In this document: one piece after another, positions 18,455 to 27,735 of the stretch
Layout: the number at the start of each line of letters is the position of its first letter
Numbering within the stretch: position 1 is the first letter of the stretch
Assembly: GCA_964570365.1 (NCBI GenBank)
Contig: CAZMXT010000004.1
Location: 2,792 to 66,791, forward strand
DNA length: 64,000 nt
Source: an uncultured Pseudomonadales bacterium
Lineage (GTDB): Bacteria > Patescibacteriota > Microgenomatia > UBA1400 > PJMF01
Reading direction: 5' to 3'
Made by a program: the position numbers and the translations under genes
Notes under the pieces: generated by a model
Seen by the model: the letters and a program-made list of their open reading frames with translations, nothing else
Told to the model about the DNA's origin: nothing
Databases searched by the model: none

Positions 18455-20826
18455 CGTTGGGTTGAAGTCCCATTCAAAATTCTATCTCTCGTAGGTACCT
18501 GGGACGGCCTGGCTGATGGTCTAGGTGAAGAATACAACTGGTTTGGAGTGCAAGCCAGCTTGGGCTGAGTGCCAGCGACAAACAATTCCTCTCTGACCAC
18601 GGGACAGCCGCGACAAGGGAGGGTACCAGTTTTGACACAGATCTGAACTTTCACTAAGCCTTCCGGTGTCGTAAAACGGTGTGGAGCTTCATCACTGAGA
18701 GAAGTTCGTATAATTTTATTCCAGATTGGAGAGGCTCCGGTAATACCTGAGGCAACATAACTCATCGGGGTATTATCATTATTACCCACCCAGACGGACA
18801 CCACTCGGTCGGTAGTGTATCCAAAGGTCCAGTTATCTCGCAAGTTGTTGGTAGTTCCCGTTTTAACGGCCACCTGTTGGTTGGGAATCGTCAGCACTGA
18901 GTTGGGGCCAAAGCCAGAAGTGCGGGCGACGTTATCAGCTAAAATATCAGTGATCTGATAGGCAACTTTGGCATCCAAGGTTTTAGTTCGGACGCACTCA
19001 GTTTTCTCCAACGCGCATGTATTTTTATAGAGTACTTCTCCTTTGGAGTTGCGAACCTCTAAGATTGGGTTGAGTTTGACGGTGTATCCACCATTGGCAA
19101 AAGTGCCATAGACCTGGGCCATCTCAGTCATCAAGATCTCTCCGCCTCCTAAAGTTAAAGACAGACCAAAGCGTTTTCGGTCCTGCCAAGTGGTGATGCC
19201 CATCTGTTCAGCTTTATCAAGCATGGTGGAAATGCCAATCGAGGCGAGGGTTTTCACCGCTGGGATGTTATACGAAGAGCCAAGTGCCTCTCGGATAGTT
19301 ACGTTGCCGTGAAAGCGACCATCATAGTTTTTGGGTGAGTACGGGGGAGAGCCAGCCACTTGGAAGGTAACGGGTTCATCAGCGATGGTGGAAGAGGGGC
19401 TTTTACCATTTTCCAAAGCAATCGCATAGGTCAACGGTTTAATTGAGGAACCAGGTTGGCGGGGGCGCAGAGTGACGTTGACCTGACCATCGTTGGCAAA
19501 GTCAAAGTAGTTTTTACTCCCAACCATTGCGAGTATTTCGCCAGTCTGAGGGGCAGTCACTAAGGCTGCACCATTGGAAATACGCAGCCGAGCTAGGTTA
19601 TCTAATTCTTGAGAGACCAGCTCTTGAGTTTGATCCTGGGTCTTCAGATCCAACGTTGTTCTGACTTCAAGTCCACCTTGATTCACTACATCTTCGCCAT
19701 AGTCTTCGGCGAGTAAATTCTTAACGTACATCACAAAGTGAGGCGCTCGAATGTCTGTCATATCAGGACGGAACTGTAAGATTTCGGCTCTGGCCTGTTG
19801 AGCTTCTTGCTCAGAAATGTAGCGATCTTCTACCATTCGTCGCAGAACTTCGCGTTGGCGTCCGTAGGCCAGCTCAGGGCTAGGACCGAATGGTGAGTAA
19901 ACTGAAGGGGCTGCTGGTAGCCCCGCCAGGAAAGAACTCTCAGCCAGATTAAGCTGGATGGCTGCTTTGCCAAAGTATTGTTGGGCTGCTTCTTCAACGC
20001 CATAGGTGGAGCCACCATAGGCAACTTCATTGAAGTACATCTCTAAAATTTCTTCTTTGGTGAAGGTGCCTTCGAGCAAGAGTGAGAGGAGTACTTCACG
20101 AATCTTGCGCTTGAGGGTTTTCTCTCTACTGAGGAGGGTGTTTTTAACCAGCTGTTGAGTAATCGTAGAACCACCTTGGAGCTTTTCTCCTTGGGAGTTT
20201 TCTCGAACTGCACGCAGAATTCCCTTTATAGAAAAACCATGGTGAGAGAAGAAGTAGCGATCTTCAATCGCTACTGTAGCGTTCTTCATCTGGTCAGGGA
20301 CGGCAGATAAGGAAATTAAGGTTCTATTCTCATCTTTGTAAATGCGGTAGAGCACCTCACCATTTCGATCCAGAATCTTCGTCGTTAAAATTTGTTGTCT
20401 TTTCGTGAGGTCGCTTACTTGAGGTAGGTCTCTAAAAACAATTTCGTAGGTGTAGTGTGCAGAAGCCAGGATGGCTACGCTGATTAAAATAGAGAAGATG
20501 GTTAACCACGGGTGGAAACGAATAACAAAGTAAAAAGGTTGAAGCAGCTCTTTCCAGATGAAGCGAAGAACAGGATTGGGTGGGCGAGGGCGTGTTCGCG
20601 GCCGACCGGGCTTTTTTTTTACCGCTGGTTTGGCTAAAAGCGCGAAAAACCAGTACCTGACTCCCTTTCCAGAAACAGTAGATGGAGTACGAGTTGGGAG
20701 TTTCTGAACCCTATTTTTTTTAGATTTTGCAGCAGTAGGCTGAGCTTTTTTGGCTTTTTTTCGAGGCGCAACTTTGGGGTAAATTATGATCGAATTTTTT
20801 CGCCTGATGGGTGGACGTTTAGCCAT
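18451..20826 (-). CDS. class A penicillin-binding protein (bifunctional GT51 transglycosylase/transpeptidase)
   Basis: GT51 motifs (EDRYFFSHHG, TITQQLVKN) and transpeptidase motifs (SSIKP, KTGTT). About 100-aa Lys/Pro-rich cytoplasmic N-terminal extension. Confidence 0.9.
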   Translation of the reverse strand: MAKRPPIRRKNSIIIYPKVAPRKKAKKAQPTAAKSKKNRVQKLPTRTPSTVSGKGVRYWFFALLAKPAVKKKPGRPRTRPRPPNPVLRFIWKELLQPFYFVIRFHPWLTIFSILISVAILASAHYTYEIVFRDLPQVSDLTKRQQILTTKILDRNGEVLYRIYKDENRTLISLSAVPDQMKNATVAIEDRYFFSHHGFSIKGILRAVRENSQGEKLQGGSTITQQLVKNTLLSREKTLKRKIREVLLSLLLEGTFTKEEILEMYFNEVAYGGSTYGVEEAAQQYFGKAAIQLNLAESSFLAGLPAAPSVYSPFGPSPELAYGRQREVLRRMVEDRYISEQEAQQARAEILQFRPDMTDIRAPHFVMYVKNLLAEDYGEDVVNQGGLEVRTTLDLKTQDQTQELVSQELDNLARLRISNGAALVTAPQTGEILAMVGSKNYFDFANDGQVNVTLRPRQPGSSIKPLTYAIALENGKSPSSTIADEPVTFQVAGSPPYSPKNYDGRFHGNVTIREALGSSYNIPAVKTLASIGISTMLDKAEQMGITTWQDRKRFGLSLTLGGGEILMTEMAQVYGTFANGGYTVKLNPILEVRNSKGEVLYKNTCALEKTECVRTKTLDAKVAYQITDILADNVARTSGFGPNSVLTIPNQQVAVKTGTTNNLRDNWTFGYTTDRVVSVWVGNNDNTPMSYVASGITGASPIWNKIIRTSLSDEAPHRFTTPEGLVKVQICVKTGTLPCRGCPVVREELFVAGTQPKLACTPNQLYSSPRPSARPSQVPTRDRILNGTSTQR

Positions 20827-20888
20827 GTTGCGGATCTTAACATATCATCCTATATCCATCAATTATGTGCTAACGAAAATTTAGTACT

Positions 20889-22184
20889 TTAATTCTTTCT
20901 TTTTATCACATCCCATAGCTCACGGGAGGCTGCTTCATAGCCTAATGCCCAAATTGCAATACCACCTAAATTGAGTTGATCTACCAGATCCATTTTATAA
21001 GAGAGGGATCTAGAGTTTTCATAATAGAGCACATAATTTTCAGTGCCTCGCTGAAAAACTAGGTAAGGAGAGAGAGCTAACTCATCCCAATTTTCTTTTA
21101 AGTTCAGCACGCTACCTTCAGTTAAGATACCCTGAACTCGCGAAAAACTGGCGGTCGCACCAGAGCCGGGATAGGTAGGAGACAGAGCCTGTTGGTCGGT
21201 AGTCTGCCACTCGTAGCCATAAAAAGGGACGCCTAGAAGCAATTTCTGGCTAGGTACAACTTTTAAAAATTCTTGTAAATGCATCATGATGTCAGTTCGC
21301 CAGTTTTCACCACCACCAAAGATAGGCGCCACTGGACCTGCTACGTTAGAAGAAGCTCGGTGAAAGTCATACGCCATGATCACAATTAAATCTACTTGAG
21401 GTGCAATCGCCGCCACGTCCCAGATATGAGGGCGGGAAACAGCACTGGGGTACATATCGATAGAGAGACGGATAGGAGTTTCCTTTTTGTCAAAGTGAGT
21501 CCTGATTTCAGTTATCAGCTGAGCTAAGCCCTTGCGCAGAGCCGGATCAGGCTCTCCAGCATACTCAATATCAATATTAATTCCTGTAATGGGAAGCTCC
21601 GAGATGACAGAATCTAAGGAACTCAAGAAACGCCTGCGGGCGTCTGGGTTAGGCAGAAAAGCCTGGATATCATCTTTTTTAAATTGAGAAAGGACTAGTT
21701 CTATCTCTGTCCCTTCGGCACGTTCCTGTTTCACCATTTGAGCGAGTGTCTCAGATTTGAACTTAGCATAACCAGGGTCTTTGCTCGACACAAAGCTACC
21801 ATCTTTGGCAATAGTCAGACCAAAGTATGCTAGGTGGGTAAGCTCGGGCTGGAGGACGACTTTTCCTACATTCCAAAAAGGGAGAAACCCATAGACGAGT
21901 TTTGAGCCAGGTTTAGATGGAGGAGTTGTTCGAGAGTGAAACTGAAAAGAAGCGATGGTTGCTAAGGGGGAAACTATTTTTCCTGAGTGGAACCAAAAAA
22001 AAGTAAAGCTGACCAAACTACTGACGATGACGATGCAAAAAACTGCTAGTGGGGAAAGCTTGGGGCCCAACTTTTCAAACAAGTTGTTACTCTCCGACTT
22101 CTTCAAACACGAAGTCGCTGCTGATATCTTGTTGCTCAAAAATGATTTTACCTGCTTCATCCACTGGTCGATTGCAGTTTTCAC
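20889..22184 (-). CDS. glycoside hydrolase family 18 protein (membrane-anchored, peptidoglycan/chitin hydrolase-like)
   Basis: GH18 catalytic motif (GINIDIEYAG) and C-terminal GGIAIWALGYEA. N-terminal TM. The start codon is uncertain because of overlap with the upstream PBP gene. Confidence 0.7.
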   Translation of the reverse strand: MKTAIDQWMKQVKSFLSNKISAATSCLKKSESNNLFEKLGPKLSPLAVFCIVIVSSLVSFTFFWFHSGKIVSPLATIASFQFHSRTTPPSKPGSKLVYGFLPFWNVGKVVLQPELTHLAYFGLTIAKDGSFVSSKDPGYAKFKSETLAQMVKQERAEGTEIELVLSQFKKDDIQAFLPNPDARRRFLSSLDSVISELPITGINIDIEYAGEPDPALRKGLAQLITEIRTHFDKKETPIRLSIDMYPSAVSRPHIWDVAAIAPQVDLIVIMAYDFHRASSNVAGPVAPIFGGGENWRTDIMMHLQEFLKVVPSQKLLLGVPFYGYEWQTTDQQALSPTYPGSGATASFSRVQGILTEGSVLNLKENWDELALSPYLVFQRGTENYVLYYENSRSLSYKMDLVDQLNLGGIAIWALGYEAASRELWDVIKRKN

Positions 22185-24579
22185 AGTACTCCACTGTAAA
22201 TGGATCTGTCAGTACATTCCGCTTTTCTAGTACTAGCCCGTCAGAAGATTCACCGGGCTTAGGTGGTAAGCCAGTTTCTGGTCTGATCCAAATTTCTTTT
22301 TCAACGTACTGTGCTTGTGAAGGTTTGGACTTTCGCCAGTAAAGCTCTTGATTTTTAACTGCGCAGTTGGGGCCACCACTTTGGGGAGGAAAGCCATTTA
22401 TACAGACGCCGCTAGCAGTCACGTCACTGGGCTTCTCAGGTAAGACGGGTGGTAATCCTCTCAGTACATAACTCATCAGATCATTAAAAATTGGAGCTGC
22501 GCCAGTGATACCAGAAACGAGAGATCGATTCATCGGTGAGCCATCGTTATTGCCGACCCAGACTATGGTCAAAAACTCTGGAGTAAAGCCTACAGTCCAG
22601 TTATCTTTTAAGTCATTGGTGGTGCCAGTCTTGACGCTGACCACTTGGTCAGGAATAACCAACTGAGATCGAGGGCCAAAAGCAGCTGTTCGAGCATTAT
22701 TATCTTGCATAATGTGCGCGGCTAAGTAAGCGGGGGCTCTATTCATGACTCTTTCTAAGCCCTCAACTTCAGTTTCTTCTTCATCCTCAGTTAGAATCTG
22801 GAGCGCTTCTTTTCGGTCAGCTAGGCTCACTGAATCAATTAAGTTGCCTTTGTAGTCTTCCACCTTGAGGATTGGAATTAAAGGAACTTTCACGCCTTGG
22901 TTGGCTAAGACGCCAAACGCTTGTGCCATGTCAATCATCCGGACTTCACCGCCACCCAGAGTTAAAGATAAGCCATAATTACTGGCGTCTACCCAGGAGC
23001 TGATGCCCATCTTGCGGGCATGCTCAATCAGTTTCTCTACGCCAATCAGGCGTAACGCCTTCACCGCGGGAATATTTAATGAGTTGCCCAAGGAAAAGCG
23101 GATACTGACTGGTCCTCTAAACGAGCCATCGTAATTTTTCGGGCAGTACGGTTTTTGACCTGGAACGGTGAAGCAGGTGGGGATATCGAGCAGATATGAG
23201 CCTGGGTTTAAAACTTTTTCTTGGAACGTGACCGCATACATAATTGGTTTGATCGAAGAACCAGGCTGGCGCTGAGAGAGAGTCACGTTCACCTGACCAT
23301 CCTCGGCAGTATTGAAATAGTCCTTGGAGCCCACCATGGCTAGAATTTCTCCTGTGTTTGGTTTCACAATTAAGGCAGCTCCATTGCCAACTCGCGAAGT
23401 CTTTAATTTCTCCACTTCTGCTGAGACAGAAGCTTGTGCTGCTTCCTGCAAATCGAGGTCTAAGGTAGTAGTGACGCGTAATCCACCTTTCTCGACAACG
23501 TCCTCACCATACTTTTGGTACAACATATCTCGGACAAAGAAGACAAAGTGAGGTGCCTGAATATCGGTCCTAGAAATTGCAAATTTGAGTACTTCCTTCT
23601 GTGCTTGTTCAGCCTGTTCTGGCGTAATGTAGCTATCTTCAGCCATACGGCGCAGCACATCACGCTGTCTTTCTTTGGCTTGCTCCGGGGTTGAGCCAAA
23701 AGGTGAGTATCTGGTGGGTGATTGAGGCAGCCCCGCCAGGACTGCCGCTTCTGAAATACTCAAATCCTTGGCTGGTTTATCAAAGTAACGCTGCGCTGCG
23801 GTCTCGATTCCCACTGAGGTTCCACCATAGGAAATATAGTTGAGATACATTTCTAAAATTTCCTCTTTTGAGTAAATTACTTCGGTTGCCATCGAGAGAA
23901 CTCCTTCTTTGATCTTGCGCTGGAGTGAACGTTCGTTGGTCAGGAGGGCATTCTTGACTAACTGTTGCGTAATGGTAGAACCACCTTCTAGGCGTTTGCC
24001 CTGCAGGGTATTTCGGAGCGCGCGGATAATTCCAGCCACGTCAAAGCCAAAGTGGTGATAAAAGTTCTTATCTTCGATGGCAATTGCTGCCTGATAGACA
24101 TGTGGTGGTAAGTCACTGATCTTGATTGGAACTCGATTCTCATCCGCAAAAATCTCATACAGTAATCGACCTTTGCGGTCAAAAATTTGCGTACTGACCG
24201 AGTAGTTTTCAGAAGAAGTCAGCCGGCGAGGCGAAGGGAGCTCTCGTAGAATATAGAGTAAGCCTAAGATGGAGCCGAGTACTACTAAAATTGTTAGGTA
24301 ACGGAACGCTTTATTGCGAACTGGGAAAGTCAGTATTCTGACAAGAAGGGGAAGTTTACGTTTTTTACTGGGCGGTGCTTTCTCAGGTTTTTCCCTTTTC
24401 TGAAAAAAATGAGGCAGCTTCCCAAACCACTTATTTTTCTTTGCTGCTGGTTTCTCCTGAGTTGGAATAGTTGGTGGAGTAGTTTTCACTGGCGCAGAAA
24501 AACCACCCTCAAACATGCTTTTTACATTTGAGAGTTTTTGGTAAGATGAACGACCAGCGTCAGCCGAGTTGCGTATCAT
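22087..24579 (-). CDS. class A penicillin-binding protein (second paralog)
   Basis: EDKNFYHHFG, TITQQLVKN, SSIKP and KTGTT motifs. 830 aa with a Lys-rich cytoplasmic N-terminal tail. Confidence 0.9.
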   Translation of the reverse strand: MIRNSADAGRSSYQKLSNVKSMFEGGFSAPVKTTPPTIPTQEKPAAKKNKWFGKLPHFFQKREKPEKAPPSKKRKLPLLVRILTFPVRNKAFRYLTILVVLGSILGLLYILRELPSPRRLTSSENYSVSTQIFDRKGRLLYEIFADENRVPIKISDLPPHVYQAAIAIEDKNFYHHFGFDVAGIIRALRNTLQGKRLEGGSTITQQLVKNALLTNERSLQRKIKEGVLSMATEVIYSKEEILEMYLNYISYGGTSVGIETAAQRYFDKPAKDLSISEAAVLAGLPQSPTRYSPFGSTPEQAKERQRDVLRRMAEDSYITPEQAEQAQKEVLKFAISRTDIQAPHFVFFVRDMLYQKYGEDVVEKGGLRVTTTLDLDLQEAAQASVSAEVEKLKTSRVGNGAALIVKPNTGEILAMVGSKDYFNTAEDGQVNVTLSQRQPGSSIKPIMYAVTFQEKVLNPGSYLLDIPTCFTVPGQKPYCPKNYDGSFRGPVSIRFSLGNSLNIPAVKALRLIGVEKLIEHARKMGISSWVDASNYGLSLTLGGGEVRMIDMAQAFGVLANQGVKVPLIPILKVEDYKGNLIDSVSLADRKEALQILTEDEEETEVEGLERVMNRAPAYLAAHIMQDNNARTAAFGPRSQLVIPDQVVSVKTGTTNDLKDNWTVGFTPEFLTIVWVGNNDGSPMNRSLVSGITGAAPIFNDLMSYVLRGLPPVLPEKPSDVTASGVCINGFPPQSGGPNCAVKNQELYWRKSKPSQAQYVEKEIWIRPETGLPPKPGESSDGLVLEKRNVLTDPFTVEYCENCNRPVDEAGKIIFEQQDISSDFVFEEVGE

Positions 24580-24611
24580 ATAAAAGCTTGTAGTTACTAA
24601 TTCGTTGCTCT

Positions 24612-24635
24612 ATAGTGGAGAGATTATCCACTATT
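24612..24635. promoter_or_regulatory. perfect 8-bp inverted repeat ATAGTGGA-N8-TCCACTAT (candidate operator) between divergent PBP and HEPN-like genes
   Basis: Read directly from the sequence. It ends 12 bp upstream of the ATG at 24647. Confidence 0.3.
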
Positions 24636-24646
24636 GACCATGTTTT

Positions 24647-25141
24647 ATGCAACGTTTCGGAGTGTTCTCTACACAGTCATGGTACCTCAATTTATCACCT
24701 TGGCAACGAGATTTAGTGCGCATTGGTCTGGAGCTGTACGCTCGGGAAGAGCGGATGAAGTCTGGGTATGACGATTATTCTTACGTTGTTTTTCCAATCG
24801 CCAAAGCCTATGAAGGCTTTCTAAAGCAGTATTTTTATGATTTAGGCTTTATTGATTATATGACATATAGCGACAGACGCTTCCGAATTGGGCGGGTATT
24901 GAATCCAGACGTGAGCCCAAGTCGTCAAGATGAGTTCTGGATGTATGGTCGATTAGCCCAGATGTGTGGTGCTGGACTGGCTCGGGGTCTGTGGGATGTC
25001 TGGTTGCAGTGTCGAAACCAAGTCTTCCATTATTACCCAGATAATCAACGGAAGTTGACACTCAGTGAAGCAAGCAACTATATTGAGATGCTTGCTTCTG
25101 CAATGGAGCAGGCGTATCAATGTCAAACTAAGAATACTTAA
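24647..25141 (+). CDS. hypothetical protein with C-terminal HEPN-like R-N-x-x-x-H motif
   Basis: 164-aa, probably all-alpha protein. WLQCRNQVFHYY fits the Rx4-6H HEPN motif, RNxxAH-like as in Abi_2/DUF4145 families. No other recognisable domain. Confidence 0.35.
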   Translation: MQRFGVFSTQSWYLNLSPWQRDLVRIGLELYAREERMKSGYDDYSYVVFPIAKAYEGFLKQYFYDLGFIDYMTYSDRRFRIGRVLNPDVSPSRQDEFWMYGRLAQMCGAGLARGLWDVWLQCRNQVFHYYPDNQRKLTLSEASNYIEMLASAMEQAYQCQTKNT

Positions 25142-25169
25142 TAAGTAAATAGTATGTATAATTCTGTAT

Positions 25170-25808
25170 ATGTCCAATACCTCTGACTTCAGCCACTACA
25201 AATACAAAAATCTGACCATATCTGGTATGCCAGGTTGCGGATCTACTACCCTGCTAAACCTTCTCCGCGAAGAACTCAAGTTTGATGGCTGGAAAGGCTT
25301 TAGTGGTGGGGAGTTCATGCGTGCCTACGCCGAGGAAAAGGGACTCTTTAATAAAGATGCTGGGTACCACCACGACGCTCGACATTATGAAGATTCATTT
25401 GACTGGCAAGTTGATATGGGGATGCGTGAGAAGCTAAAAACTCAGCGCAGCTGGATTATTGAGTCTTGGTTATCTGGATTCCTTGCTCAGCAAGTACCAC
25501 ACGTGTTGAAGATCTTGATGGTCTGCAGTGAGGACGCAGTTCGGGTGGACCGAATCGTGAATCGCGATCAAGTAACAGTTGATGTAGCCAAGAAGAACAT
25601 GCAAGATCGCTATGAAGCAAACTTGGCAAAGTGGTCAAGAATGTACAAAGCCCAGTGGGAAGAGTGGGTCGTGAAACCCGGAACCCAAAAACCCAACGAT
25701 CTAATTGATTTTTGGCGTCCAGACCTCTACGATCTAGTTATAGATACCTATTCCACGAACCAGCAACAAACGCTGCAGCTTGTCCTGAATGAGATTAAAA
25801 AAGAGTAA
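25170..25808 (+). CDS. P-loop nucleoside/nucleotide monophosphate kinase-like protein (cytidylate-kinase-2/AAA_33-like, divergent)
   Basis: Walker A ISGMPGCGSTTLLNLL. An NMP-binding-like FSGGEFMRAYAEEKG segment resembles archaeal-type CMP kinases. A canonical cmk exists elsewhere at 17502. Confidence 0.55.
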   Translation: MSNTSDFSHYKYKNLTISGMPGCGSTTLLNLLREELKFDGWKGFSGGEFMRAYAEEKGLFNKDAGYHHDARHYEDSFDWQVDMGMREKLKTQRSWIIESWLSGFLAQQVPHVLKILMVCSEDAVRVDRIVNRDQVTVDVAKKNMQDRYEANLAKWSRMYKAQWEEWVVKPGTQKPNDLIDFWRPDLYDLVIDTYSTNQQQTLQLVLNEIKKE

Positions 25809-26514
25809 GTCCTCGAGCAGACTTCGTCGGCCACCAGCCGTTCCTATTGCTGCGACCACAAATACCTATCCTGCGGGAAAACACCTTGCCTTTATCCCAT
25901 TACTTTCACTGGTTTTTATTTTGTGGGTGTTATATCGTTCTTTATTTCGCTTCCCTGTTTGGTTTGATGAGACAATCGGTAAAGCCGTTTTCTTTGGACT
26001 ACCTGTCTGGCTCTATATTTCCCTGGCTGGTAGTAAATCTATTGCCGAGACCTTTGCTCCCAACCGAATTCATAAGGGCTTAATACTGGGGATCACGATT
26101 GGTGGCTTACTTGGGTTTGGCGGAACTCTGGCGACCCTGCTTCAGCAACGAGCTGTGGTCCAAGCTGCACCGCTATTTACTTCTGATGGGTTTTGGGGTG
26201 AGTTCTTTTTGGCCATGATGACTGGGTTTTGGGAAACCCTGTTCTTTTTTAGTTGGATTATGACCATGATTACTGAAAAGTACCGCAAGTGGCCACTACT
26301 CAATCAAGTTTTACTGACCACCATTATCTTTGTGCTATTCCATATTCCTAATACCTTATTGAGGTTTGAGCTTAGCGCCGTCTTTGGTCAATTTTTCTTG
26401 TTATTTTTCTTTGCCTTAGGTCAGGCTTTCCTGTTTGCACGAACCAAAAATCTCTATGCCTTGGCCCTTTCTCACGCGATTTGGGGAATGGTTTTAGTCA
26501 TCCATACCAAGTAA
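25789..26514 (+). CDS. CPBP-family (CAAX protease/Abi-like) intramembrane protease-like protein
   Basis: 7-8 TM helices. The WETLFFFSW, VLFHIPN and LSHAIWG motifs are positioned like CPBP motifs 1-3, though degenerate. It overlaps the kinase gene by 20 nt. Confidence 0.5.
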   Translation: MRLKKSKSSSRLRRPPAVPIAATTNTYPAGKHLAFIPLLSLVFILWVLYRSLFRFPVWFDETIGKAVFFGLPVWLYISLAGSKSIAETFAPNRIHKGLILGITIGGLLGFGGTLATLLQQRAVVQAAPLFTSDGFWGEFFLAMMTGFWETLFFFSWIMTMITEKYRKWPLLNQVLLTTIIFVLFHIPNTLLRFELSAVFGQFFLLFFFALGQAFLFARTKNLYALALSHAIWGMVLVIHTK

Positions 26515-26561
26515 TATATTTGACTTTCACCCCCATACTTGATACAATTTTTCCTTGCTCT

Positions 26562-27086
26562 ATGAAAATGCGGCTTTTTTTGTCGCTTCTAGCGTTCCTC
26601 TTTGGAGGAAGCGTCCTAATTATTTCTCTGTTCAGTGCGACCCCAGTTTCATCTACGGGGTTACGTTCTGCTTCAGAGAATAAACTGTACTTTTCCAAGA
26701 CGATCCTGCCTGATCACGTCTTCTATAAAGCCATCATGGCAATGGATCGGCTGCAGCTGGAAACGGCCTCTAGCCATGAACGGATCTTTATCCAGGTTGA
26801 GTATGCTCACCGCCGTCTTGATTACTCTCAGCAACTTCTCGAAGAAGGCAAGGAAGATTTAGCCATTACTACGCTCACCAAGGCTGAGCAGTACTTGCAC
26901 CATGCGGTAAGCGAGGCCAATGAAACGAATGCTGCTCAGTCCATCAAAGATCGATTGAAGAAAGCTGTGGAGTATCACTCTAAAAAGTTAGAAGAAGTGA
27001 AGCCCAACTACACTGATGGGAACAGAGCAGTGATTGATGGAATTCTCAAAGAACACCTCATTTTGATTGATCTCCTCAAAGCCTAG
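26562..27086 (+). CDS. secreted/membrane-anchored helical protein (DUF5667-like)
   Basis: Signal/anchor MKMRLFLSLLAFLFGGSVLIISLF followed by a helical domain. Start chosen at the ATG after the CPBP stop; the tool ORF began at 26481. Confidence 0.45.
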   Translation: MKMRLFLSLLAFLFGGSVLIISLFSATPVSSTGLRSASENKLYFSKTILPDHVFYKAIMAMDRLQLETASSHERIFIQVEYAHRRLDYSQQLLEEGKEDLAITTLTKAEQYLHHAVSEANETNAAQSIKDRLKKAVEYHSKKLEEVKPNYTDGNRAVIDGILKEHLILIDLLKA

Positions 27087-27166
27087 TCAGCAATTTTTGA
27101 CTGAGTTCGATACACTTTTTTGCATTGACCGCTCATACTCTCCGTGAGATTCTTATTGCCCAGCAA

Positions 27167-27213
27167 AAAGCTATATATAGTAGGAAAATAAAAAATACCT
27201 ACTAGATCTAGTA
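27167..27213 (+). promoter_or_regulatory. tandem NrdR-box-like palindromes upstream of nrdR-nrdJ
   Basis: aaagCTATATATAGtagg at 27167-27184 and the perfect 14-bp palindrome TACTAGATCTAGTA at 27200-27213. Centres are about 31 bp apart, matching NrdR box phasing. Confidence 0.45.
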
Positions 27214-27227
27214 AAATAAGGCTAGGA

Positions 27228-27713
27228 ATGAAGTGTCCATACTGCTTTGTAAACCAGACAACTGTAACTGATACGCGTGATGCTGATGGTGAGGCGACGA
27301 TTCGTCGTCGCCGAAGGTGTGATACGTGTCTAAAACGGTTTACAACCTATGAGCGAGTAGAAGGTATTGATTTAATAGTGATTAAAAAAGATGGTCGGCA
27401 GGAACAGTTCAGTAGGGAAAAGTTGCGACGCGGGGTGGTCAAAGCAACGTGGAAACGGCCGATCACGATTGATGAGATTGAAGAGTTGCTGACTGATGTA
27501 GAGCGGCGACTACGCGCCAAATCAACTTGTCAGGTGAAAAGTTGGGAAATCGGCAACCTAATTATTAATAAATTGAAGAAAATTGACCAGCTGTCATATC
27601 TCTTGTTTGCCAGTGTCTATCGAGACTTTGATAGCTTAGAAGATTTTCAGAAGGAGATCGAACGGTTAAGTCTATCAGCTGAGTCACGGAAAACCGTTGA
27701 GGCAGTTGAGTAG
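27228..27713 (+). CDS. nrdR: transcriptional repressor NrdR
   Basis: N-terminal zinc ribbon (MKCPYC...CDTC) plus ATP-cone. Confidence 0.9.
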   Translation: MKCPYCFVNQTTVTDTRDADGEATIRRRRRCDTCLKRFTTYERVEGIDLIVIKKDGRQEQFSREKLRRGVVKATWKRPITIDEIEELLTDVERRLRAKSTCQVKSWEIGNLIINKLKKIDQLSYLLFASVYRDFDSLEDFQKEIERLSLSAESRKTVEAVE

Positions 27714-27735
27714 TACACATTCGATAGGAGGATCT

